From assembly GCA_963783885.1 (NCBI GenBank), contig CAWAPJ010000008.1:131878-195877 (forward strand): DNA of 64,000 nt. Reading direction: 5' to 3'. A program made the position numbers and the translations under genes. This DNA comes from Waddliaceae bacterium (GTDB taxonomy: Bacteria; Chlamydiota; Chlamydiia; Chlamydiales; SLFE01). The notes under the pieces were generated by a model. That model did not search any database. It was not told the origin of the DNA and worked only from the letters and a program-made list of their open reading frames with translations. Below, in pieces: positions 56,567 to 64,000 of this stretch; positions within the stretch are counted from its first letter, which is position 1, and every line of letters begins with the position of its first letter.

Positions 56567-57571
56567 ATGTCAAAATTTAAGACCAGGTTCATCACAACCC
56601 AAGAGATGCCTATTGTTCTGGAACCCTCCAAAAACCTAAAGCGGGAAGAATTCGAGGAGCTAGTCCAAGAAGAAAATCCCTTTATACGCGATTGCCTGAA
56701 AAAATACGGCTGCGTTCTTTTTCGAAATTGCCCCATAGACGGCCTTGACGAATTCAACAGTACTGTCGACCATTTGGGGCTGGGGGAAAAAGTCAACTAT
56801 GTCGGCGGCGACAGCCCCAGGACTAAAGTCAAAGGGAGGGTATACACATCGACAGAAGCCCCTCCGGCAATACCGATTCCTTTACACAACGAGATGAGCT
56901 TCCTCAAAAAAAACTACCCGAAACATATTTATTTTTATTGCGACATCCCTCCCAAAACAGGAGGGGAGACCTTTATCGGAGATGCGAGGAAAATTTTCAA
57001 TGATGTCGACAGCGGGGTGCGCGAGCGTTTTGAAAAAAAAGGGCTGAAATACATCTCCCGCTACTATTACAAAAGCATGATCATGGATATGATGAACCGT
57101 GTGCAAAAGGGACACAAAACATGGATTGACGTTTTCGAAACGGACTGCAAGACTGAAGTCGAAAAACGGTGCCGCCAGAAAAATTTTGATTACAAATGGC
57201 ACAGCAAAGATTGGCTGGAAATCAGCCAAGTGGGGCCGACCTGGATTGCCCATCCCGAAACGAAAGAAAAGGTGTGGTTCAACCAGATCCACCTCTATGA
57301 TTACAATCCGAGATTTATCGGCTTTTGGCGCTATATGGGTGTAAAAATGTTCTATTGCCGTAAAAATACGCTTGTCCATGAGGCCTCGTACGCCGATGGG
57401 TCCAAAATTTCTCGAAGCGACATGTATCATGTGATGGACGTTCTAGATAAGCATTCAGTCTTTTTTCCATGGAAGAGGGGAGATATGATGGTGTGCGACA
57501 ATATCCTGGCCCAGCATGGGAGGGCCCCTTTTACCGGTCCAAGGCGCATCCTGACAGCCCTCACTGTATAA
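56567..57571 (+). CDS. TauD/TfdA-family Fe(II)/2-oxoglutarate dioxygenase (SyrP-like)
   Basis: VYTSTEAPP, IPLHNEMSF (HxE), GGET, HPETKEKVWFNQ, WKRGD...DN...HGRAPFTGPRRIL. Confidence 0.9.
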   Translation: MSKFKTRFITTQEMPIVLEPSKNLKREEFEELVQEENPFIRDCLKKYGCVLFRNCPIDGLDEFNSTVDHLGLGEKVNYVGGDSPRTKVKGRVYTSTEAPPAIPIPLHNEMSFLKKNYPKHIYFYCDIPPKTGGETFIGDARKIFNDVDSGVRERFEKKGLKYISRYYYKSMIMDMMNRVQKGHKTWIDVFETDCKTEVEKRCRQKNFDYKWHSKDWLEISQVGPTWIAHPETKEKVWFNQIHLYDYNPRFIGFWRYMGVKMFYCRKNTLVHEASYADGSKISRSDMYHVMDVLDKHSVFFPWKRGDMMVCDNILAQHGRAPFTGPRRILTALTV

Positions 57572-57584
57572 TAAAATATAAATT

Positions 57585-57624
57585 CCAGTTAACGCAACAT
57601 TTTCATTCTTGGTGCGTTAGCTGG
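57585..57624 (+). terminator. Probable terminator hairpin after the dioxygenase gene
   Basis: CCAGTTAACGCA...TGCGTTAGCTGG stem followed by a T-rich tract. Confidence 0.55.
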
Positions 57625-57711
57625 CGTTTATATTAATTTTTTATTTATTTATTTAAAATAAACTAATTATTCATTATAATATTACCAAGTAAGTAATTAA
57701 AAAGTGATATT

Positions 57712-59277
57712 ATGACTTCTAATCCAATTAATCAACTATATAATGTTCTCGCTTCCATCCAAAAAGGGGAGGAGAAGGACCTACCAAGCGCGGATAAGCT
57801 GATTCAAAAAGCATTCAGACAATTGAATGTCAGTGAATTAGATAAAAAAGAGTTGAAGAATCTCCGTAATAGACTCAAAAAAACCAAAAAATCCCTTAAA
57901 GGAAAAGAAACCGAGCAATTTCAGAGGACTCTGTCTTCCTTAGAAAAACAATTGGTGCCTGTTCCTAAAGCAATGCAGAAGGCTTTTCAGGAGGCCGAAA
58001 AGAGCGGTGGACTCAGTGCAAGTGAAATGGAAAAAGCTTACCGGTTCGCTTTGAGCCAATTGCCTGTTAAAGAGGATCAGCATATTCGGAAGGAACAATC
58101 CGGGCTGAAGAACGCACTCAGGATCATTCCTGGAAAAAAGCAGCGGGATATTTCAGTTGTTGTTTTTGATAATGAAAGCGAGCCCCTTTTTGGCGGGGTG
58201 AAAATCATCCGGCAAGCTTACGGTTTTTTCCCGTTTCGTCCCAATAAAGGTGTAGCAGATTTAATTAAGGGAACTCCTATAAAGACCAGGAAGAATTCTA
58301 CAGTTTCTCCAAAACGCGCCAATTGGGATGTAGGGCAACTTCAGAAAGAAATAAAGCGCATCAAAGAATTTGGCAAAGATAGACCTAGAGGACTTGTTTA
58401 TAAAGTCTGGGGAAGCACCCTCATTTATCCTGTAAAAGGACGAAAAGACCAAATGAAGACCTCCATGATTATGGATCGGGCATTTGGGGATCTTTTTCAA
58501 TTAATGCAGATTACAAATATTAACAGTGCTTTTTCGGGATTTGCGGAAGATATTTTGCTGGGCGTCCAATATTTGCATGAAAAAGGCCTTGCTCATAGGG
58601 ATATTAAGACCGAAAATATATTGGTTTTTCAAATATCAGATGAGAAATATGAACTTAGGCTTACCGACTTTGAATCTGTTATAGAAGATAAAACGCCCTT
58701 TAAAAAAATATATGGCGGAACTTGGGAATACATTTCTCCGGAAGCACTAGAATCTTTATTACTAGAGCGCAAGTTGCATCAGGTAACCGAAGGAAACTTT
58801 GAGAATTTGGATCGTTTAAAAGCTTTATCTTCAAAACCCCGCGATATATTTTCTGTGGGCATCGTATTTCATGAGATGTTCACGGGGAGGCTACCGAATT
58901 TCCATTATTATATCGAAAATAAGATAATAGATCCCGATACCGGGAAAATCGTCGATTATGTCGATCCCAAAACAGGGGGAAAGGGCTCTTATGTGAAAAT
59001 TAAGGAGGTTGAAAATAAACTACACGACTTACAAAACGATTACGCTTTACCAGCCCATATCGAGGATATAAAAAAGTGGCACGAAGAATTTGATTCCAAA
59101 AAGGATTTTTTGCCGGAAGGCTGTCAAAGTTTCGATGATCTCGACGAAGACAAAAAGCTTAAAGTCTTGCTTATTGGAGAACTGGTCAGGGATATGTGTC
59201 ACTGGGATCCTGAAAAACGCCTTACAATCGACGATGTGATCAAAAGGTTTGATGAGATCTATTATGGCGATGATTAA
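57712..59277 (+). CDS. Hanks-type Ser/Thr protein kinase with N-terminal helical extension; putative effector
   Basis: YLHEKGLAHRDIKTENIL, LTDFE, GGTWEYISPE, DIFSVGIVF, DPEKRLT. Confidence 0.88.
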   Translation: MTSNPINQLYNVLASIQKGEEKDLPSADKLIQKAFRQLNVSELDKKELKNLRNRLKKTKKSLKGKETEQFQRTLSSLEKQLVPVPKAMQKAFQEAEKSGGLSASEMEKAYRFALSQLPVKEDQHIRKEQSGLKNALRIIPGKKQRDISVVVFDNESEPLFGGVKIIRQAYGFFPFRPNKGVADLIKGTPIKTRKNSTVSPKRANWDVGQLQKEIKRIKEFGKDRPRGLVYKVWGSTLIYPVKGRKDQMKTSMIMDRAFGDLFQLMQITNINSAFSGFAEDILLGVQYLHEKGLAHRDIKTENILVFQISDEKYELRLTDFESVIEDKTPFKKIYGGTWEYISPEALESLLLERKLHQVTEGNFENLDRLKALSSKPRDIFSVGIVFHEMFTGRLPNFHYYIENKIIDPDTGKIVDYVDPKTGGKGSYVKIKEVENKLHDLQNDYALPAHIEDIKKWHEEFDSKKDFLPEGCQSFDDLDEDKKLKVLLIGELVRDMCHWDPEKRLTIDDVIKRFDEIYYGDD

Positions 59278-59280
59278 ACA

Positions 59281-59309
59281 TTGACAGTTAAAGACATATA
59301 TGTTATAAT
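59281..59309 (+). promoter_or_regulatory. Perfect-consensus sigma70 promoter with extended -10, probably leaderless
   Basis: TTGACA-17 nt-TATAAT with TG at the extended position; ATG 59316 lies 6 nt after the -10 box with no SD sequence. Confidence 0.8.
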
Positions 59310-59315
59310 TTTTTT

Positions 59316-59882
59316 ATGATTCCGGATAGTTACACATTTTCTTGCGCATCTCCTACCAAGCCTTCTACTCAAGGTCAGGTTGGAGAGTTTCATGTCAGTC
59401 CCGCAAGCTCCAAACTGAGGAGCATAAGAAAAAACAAGATGGGCTATATTTACGCCATTTCTATCAGAACACCGGAAAAAAAGAAGCCTTCAAACTCAAA
59501 AAAAAGGAAAATCCTCGCGCTCTCGCCTTCCGATATCAACAGGTTTCAGAAGGTGTCAGATCTTCAAAAATATATCGATCAAAACGATGCCAAACTGCCG
59601 AAAACGGGTAAAACTTATGTTGGGCTGACAATAAACTCCCCGCGGAAGAGGCTAAGGTCCCACAAAAATAGCGCCGCAAAGGGAAGCCAGCTGGCAGTCC
59701 ACAAAACTATGCGCGAAGGGGCTCGAAACGGCAAGGAAGTCAGCGCCTCGGTTGTCGCTTGTGTTCCACTGCCGCTGTTAGGCCCTGTCGAAGAGGTCTA
59801 TCGGCAAAAAGTGGACAAGGAAAATATCTGCCTCAACATGCGCAAAGGGGGCGCAGGCGGCGGCGGCCATAAATTAACTTAA
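59316..59882 (+). CDS. GIY-YIG nuclease-like protein
   Basis: GYIY...TYVGLT, RKRLRSH helix, [12 protein letters not shown]. Confidence 0.65.
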   Translation: MIPDSYTFSCASPTKPSTQGQVGEFHVSPASSKLRSIRKNKMGYIYAISIRTPEKKKPSNSKKRKILALSPSDINRFQKVSDLQKYIDQNDAKLPKTGKTYVGLTINSPRKRLRSHKNSAAKGSQLAVHKTMREGARNGKEVSASVVACVPLPLLGPVEEVYRQKVDKENICLNMRKGGAGGGGHKLT

Positions 59883-62299
59883 TCCGTCTGTCCCACTTCC
59901 CACTTTTCTTTGTGTTCTTTTTTTTCTCCTGACCAGCTCCAGTCTCTGATTTCGGGCATGTCCTGCAGGTGGCGGGTGATGTATTCTCTGTGCTCGAAGA
60001 GCTTGGTCTCGAAAAGTTCGATAACATCTCCTGCCTCTGCTTGAAGCCTGGGGATGCGGTGCAAAGCTTCAATGGCCAGGTGAAAGCGGCTCATCTCATT
60101 CAAGACGACCATATCAAAGGGGGTTGTTGTCGTGCCCTCTTCTATATATCCGCGCACGTGGAATTGTTCGTGAACGCCCCTTCCGTGAACAATGTCGTGG
60201 ATCACTCTCGGATATCCGTGGAAAGCAAAAACGACAGGTTTGTCTTCTGTGAACAGGTCGTTGAAGGAGAGCTCGTCCATGCCGTGGGGATGTTCCTTGT
60301 GTTTTTTGAGGACCATCAGGTCGACGACATTCACAACGCGGATGCGGATATCGGGCAGATGTTCTCTCAGCAGGGAGACTGCTGCCATCATTTCAAGCGT
60401 CGGCACATCGCCGGCAGAGGCCATCACAATATCGGGATTGCCTTGATCGTTGCTGGCGAATTTCCAAATGGAGGCGCCTCTTGAGCAGTGCTCGCGCGCT
60501 TCTTCTTTACCTAGCCACTGAAATTGGGGTTGTTTTCCCGCAACGATCACGTTGACATAATCGCGGCTTCTGAAGCAGTGGTCGGCGACGCTGAGCAGGC
60601 AGTTGGCATCAGGGGGAAGGTAGATTCTTGTGACGTAGCTTTTCTTGCTCATCACGGTATCGATAAATCCCGGTCCCTGGTGGCTGTAGCCGTTGTGATC
60701 GTTTCTCCAGGCGTGGCTGGTCAGAAGATAGTTGAGCGATGCAATGGGGTGGCGCCAGGGAATTTCACGGCATGTTTTAAGCCATTTGGCATGTTGATTG
60801 AGCATTGAGTCGACCACCATGGCAAACGCCTCGTAAGTCGGAAAAATGCCATGGCGGCCAGTCAGCAGGTAGCCTTCAAGCCAGCCTTGGCAGCAGTGTT
60901 CGCTCAGCACTTCCATCACGCGTCCGTCATGGGCAACATGGTCGTCGATATCGATGATTTTCGCCGCCGAACATCGATCAGTGGCATCGAAGACTGCGCC
61001 GAGGCGGTTGGAGTTGGTCTCGTCAGGGCAAAAGAGGCGAAAGTTCTTCTCGTCGGCGTTGAGCTGAAAAACGTCTCTCAGATATTGTCCCAGCACGCGG
61101 GTGGCTTCGTGCTTCACTTGTCCCGGGGCGGGGACATCGATGGCGAAATCGTCCCAATCGGGAAGTTCGAGATCGACGAGAAGCTTCCCTCCGTTGGCAA
61201 CCGGATTGGCGCCCATGCGGCGGTCTCCTTTCGGAGCAATGTCTCTAAGCTCCTGAATCAACCTGCCGTCTTGATCGAAATGCTGTTCGGGGTGGTAGGA
61301 GAGCATCCATTCTTCGAGCATTTTCAAATGCTCCGGGTTTTCCTTGACGCCGGCAAGGGGAACCTGGTGTGCGCGGAAGGTACCTTCGATGGGAAGGCCG
61401 TCCACGACTTTCGGGCCCGTCCACCCTTTAGGTGTGCGGAGAATAATCATCGGCCAAATGGGGCAAGTAGAAAATCCGTTATCCCTGACATCTTTTTGTA
61501 TGGCCCGGATATCTTGATAGCATTTGTCCAGAATGAAGGCGAATGTCTGATGGACAATTTTTGGGTCGTCGCCCTCGACGATGTAGGGCTCGTAGCCGTG
61601 CCCTTTGAAATAGTCGATGAGCTCTTCGTCCGGGATGCGGGCCAGAACTGTCGGTCCCGAGATTTTATAGCCGTTTAAGTGGAGGATGGGAAGAACCGCT
61701 CCGTCAGTTGCGGGATTTAAGAACTTGACCCCTTTCCAGCTTCCCTCGCAGGGTCCTGTCTCGGCCTCACCGTCGCCCACAACGCAGGCGGCGATCAGGT
61801 CGGGTTTATCGAAAACGGCGCCGAAAGCATGCAGAAGGCTGTAGCCAAGTTCTCCCCCTTCGTGGATCGATCCGGGAGTTTCGGGGCTCACATGGCTGGG
61901 GACGCCCCCTGGGGTAGAAAATTGCCTGAAGAGTTTATCAATGCCGTGGATGTTTTCGGGTATTTGCGGATAAATCTCGGAGTAGGTCCCTTCCATATAC
62001 ACATTGGAGATCAAGGCGGGGCCTCCATGGCCCGGACCGGTGATGTAGATCATGTTGGCGTCGTATTTATTGATGATATGGTTGAGATGGATATAGATCA
62101 GATTGAGGCCCGGAGATGTTCCGAAGTGTCCGAGCAGCCTCGGCTTGATATCCTCGGCTTTTAGCGGCTCGCGAAGGAGCGGGTTGCTCTGCAAATAAAT
62201 TTGCCCGACAGATAAATAATTCGCCGCCTGAAAGTAGCGGTCGATCTTATCCAGTTCTTCGTCGGTTAGAACTTTTGTTTGAATCTGAGTTGACGCCAT
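59879..62299 (-). CDS. xfp: Phosphoketolase (XFP)
   Basis: [32 protein letters not shown] motif [41 protein letters not shown]. Confidence 0.96.
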   Translation of the reverse strand: MASTQIQTKVLTDEELDKIDRYFQAANYLSVGQIYLQSNPLLREPLKAEDIKPRLLGHFGTSPGLNLIYIHLNHIINKYDANMIYITGPGHGGPALISNVYMEGTYSEIYPQIPENIHGIDKLFRQFSTPGGVPSHVSPETPGSIHEGGELGYSLLHAFGAVFDKPDLIAACVVGDGEAETGPCEGSWKGVKFLNPATDGAVLPILHLNGYKISGPTVLARIPDEELIDYFKGHGYEPYIVEGDDPKIVHQTFAFILDKCYQDIRAIQKDVRDNGFSTCPIWPMIILRTPKGWTGPKVVDGLPIEGTFRAHQVPLAGVKENPEHLKMLEEWMLSYHPEQHFDQDGRLIQELRDIAPKGDRRMGANPVANGGKLLVDLELPDWDDFAIDVPAPGQVKHEATRVLGQYLRDVFQLNADEKNFRLFCPDETNSNRLGAVFDATDRCSAAKIIDIDDHVAHDGRVMEVLSEHCCQGWLEGYLLTGRHGIFPTYEAFAMVVDSMLNQHAKWLKTCREIPWRHPIASLNYLLTSHAWRNDHNGYSHQGPGFIDTVMSKKSYVTRIYLPPDANCLLSVADHCFRSRDYVNVIVAGKQPQFQWLGKEEAREHCSRGASIWKFASNDQGNPDIVMASAGDVPTLEMMAAVSLLREHLPDIRIRVVNVVDLMVLKKHKEHPHGMDELSFNDLFTEDKPVVFAFHGYPRVIHDIVHGRGVHEQFHVRGYIEEGTTTTPFDMVVLNEMSRFHLAIEALHRIPRLQAEAGDVIELFETKLFEHREYITRHLQDMPEIRDWSWSGEKKEHKEKWEVGQTD

Positions 62300-62320
62300 A
62301 TTATTTTCTCCTTTGGAGCT

Positions 62321-63514
62321 TCACCCGTCGGTTAACTTGTAGGAAGCTCCCTGCCCGTAAAAGACGATATTCATCGTGTGCCGGGCGATCATTAATTCTT
62401 CATTTGTTTGCAGCACCTGCACATTGACAGGGCCGGATGTTTTTGAAATTTTTTGCCGATTTTCCCCGTTGGCCTTTTCGTCGAGTTCGATGCCGAGAAA
62501 TTCGAGTCCTTCGCAAATGCGCGCTCTGATTTCAGGGGAGTTTTCCCCGATTCCCGCAGTAAAGACCAAAGTGTTCAAGCCGCCCAAAGCGGCGGCAAGG
62601 GCTCCGATATATTTTTTCGCGCGGTAGCAAAAAATATCCAAAGCCTCTTTTGCTTTTTTATCGGAGGATTCCGCTTCCAAAAGATCTTGCACATCAGAAC
62701 CCAGTTCCGAAATGCCCTTAAGTCCGCTTTCATGGTTGATCATATTCCTGAGCTGGTCGGGATTCATTTTTTTGTGGGCTGCCAGAAAGATAATCAGCCC
62801 CGGATCGACATCGCCCGATCTTGTGCCCATAACGAGGCCTTCGGCAGGAGTAAAACCCATAGTCGTATCAATGCACTTGCTGTTTTTGATGGCGGCCATG
62901 CTGGCGCCATTGCCGAGATGGCAGATAATTGTTTTCCCTTTTCTGATTTCCTGAAGCTCTTCCATGATGTACTCATAGGAGATGCCGTGGAAGCCGTACC
63001 TAAAGATTCCCTCTTCGGAAAAACGCCTCGGAATGGCGTAGTATTTGGCGACACTTGGAAGCGTCTGATGAAACGCCGTATCGAAGCAGGCCACTTGTGG
63101 CACATTCGGAAAGAATTTCTCGACATATTCAATTCCCAGAATTTCGGGAGGAAGGTGCAAGGGGTTGTAAGAGACAACGCGGTGAAGCTCCTGCAAAAGG
63201 TCGGGCGTAATGGGTTGATGCGATCGGTAGTTCGGCCCCCCGTGGACAATTCTGTGGCCGACGCCGTCGAGACCAAATCCACTTTCCTTAAGCCAGCCGA
63301 AAAGCTTCTTGTAGGCCTCATCATGACTAGCGAGTGCGGTTTTTTCGTTGACAAGCCAGTTGCCGTTCCAATCGATAAGCTCGAAGCTGCTGCCCTTTAG
63401 TCCTATGCGGCTTAGCTGCCCTATTGCCAGCATCGTTTCGCCATGGTTGAAACGAAAAAGGGACGTCTTAATGCTCGAAGAGCCGGCATTGATTGTTAAT
63501 ATTGTTAAAGTCAT
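62321..63514 (-). CDS. ackA: Acetate kinase
   Basis: INAGSSSIK, GHRIVHGG, PLHLP, FDTAFH, RYGFHGISY, HLGNGAS, MGTRSGD, FTAGIGEN, TNEELMIA. Confidence 0.96.
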   Translation of the reverse strand: MTLTILTINAGSSSIKTSLFRFNHGETMLAIGQLSRIGLKGSSFELIDWNGNWLVNEKTALASHDEAYKKLFGWLKESGFGLDGVGHRIVHGGPNYRSHQPITPDLLQELHRVVSYNPLHLPPEILGIEYVEKFFPNVPQVACFDTAFHQTLPSVAKYYAIPRRFSEEGIFRYGFHGISYEYIMEELQEIRKGKTIICHLGNGASMAAIKNSKCIDTTMGFTPAEGLVMGTRSGDVDPGLIIFLAAHKKMNPDQLRNMINHESGLKGISELGSDVQDLLEAESSDKKAKEALDIFCYRAKKYIGALAAALGGLNTLVFTAGIGENSPEIRARICEGLEFLGIELDEKANGENRQKISKTSGPVNVQVLQTNEELMIARHTMNIVFYGQGASYKLTDG

Positions 63515-63664
63515 TAAACCAAGCCTAAGATTTTTAATGAGTTATGTAAGTTATGGGAATATTCAGAGGTACTGCTTCACTCTTCTTTGTAATCGCCCAA
63601 GGAATTTTTCCGCAAAAAAAAAACATTCTTGACAAGATACGCTTTTTTTTAGCCTCATAAGGTT

Positions 63665-64000
63665 ATGGATATCGATAGAGTGCCCCCGCAGGATTTTTTA
63701 GAGAATTTAGCCCTTTCTATAGAAAATAGTCCCGCGTCGGCTCTTTTTCCGACGTTTCCGGCCTTTTACGCAACATATTATGAGGAAAATCGGGATCTCG
63801 AGGATGTTTGCCGCAAACTGGAATCAGCGATAAATAGAGTCCCTCTTTTTCAAAGGGTTGGGACGTTGCCCAAGCAATTTTCTGCCCGCTACTCTAAAAC
63901 GAAGGATGTAAGCTTTAAGGAGTTTTGCCAAGCTCTTGCAAAAGGAGAAGGACCGAGGGCATCTGCTCTTGCTTTTCCCCTTGCGAAGGCCCGAATAAAT
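63665..64000 (+). CDS. Hypothetical protein, 3'-truncated by window edge
   Basis: ATG 63665 (AAGG upstream) opens a stop-free frame to the window end: MDIDRVPPQDFLENLAPS... Confidence 0.5.
   Translation, partial: MDIDRVPPQDFLENLALSIENSPASALFPTFPAFYATYYEENRDLEDVCRKLESAINRVPLFQRVGTLPKQFSARYSKTKDVSFKEFCQALAKGEGPRASALAFPLAKARIN

Noticed and set aside
59969-63400. Long antisense ORFs (171, 275 and 315 aa) over xfp and ackA
   Set aside because: Shadow frames of well-conserved genes with no recognisable motifs

Overview
The window is chromosomal DNA from an environmental Chlamydiota (Parachlamydiales/Simkaniales-like) bacterium. This is inferred from the chlamydial gene order rpsH-rplF-rplR-rpsE-rplO-secY-rpsM-rpsK-rpoA-rplQ-gap-grgA, Cys-rich MOMP-like porins, a DUF648-like protein and a UGP3-type uridylyltransferase. 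Core genes (1-8.2 kb) end at tRNA-Leu(TAA). An accessory tract follows, containing a 1.56-kb IS5/IS903-type element that carries a divergent GxxExxY (PD-(D/E)XK) gene and has unusually long (~59 bp) inverted ends built from 9-bp CAC(A/T/C)GAG sub-repeats. Metabolic loci include a GH63/glucose-dehydrogenase/GMC cluster, an ectoine/hydroxyectoine catabolism-like cluster joined to thrB-thrC, aas, yhhQ and ackA-xfp. Also present are an 1812-aa membrane-anchored coiled-coil protein with 8 near-identical 168-bp repeats, a choline-kinase-like gene carrying an in-frame 171-bp TA-flanked palindromic element, and several eukaryote-like effector candidates (degenerate PP2C, pseudokinase, PI4-kinase, Ser/Thr kinase, split-motif GIY-YIG behind a perfect leaderless promoter). 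The best candidates for undescribed biology are the IS903-GxxExxY composite element, the reading-frame-preserving palindromic element, and the ectoine-threonine cluster. All calls come from motif recognition by eye; no database search was run.
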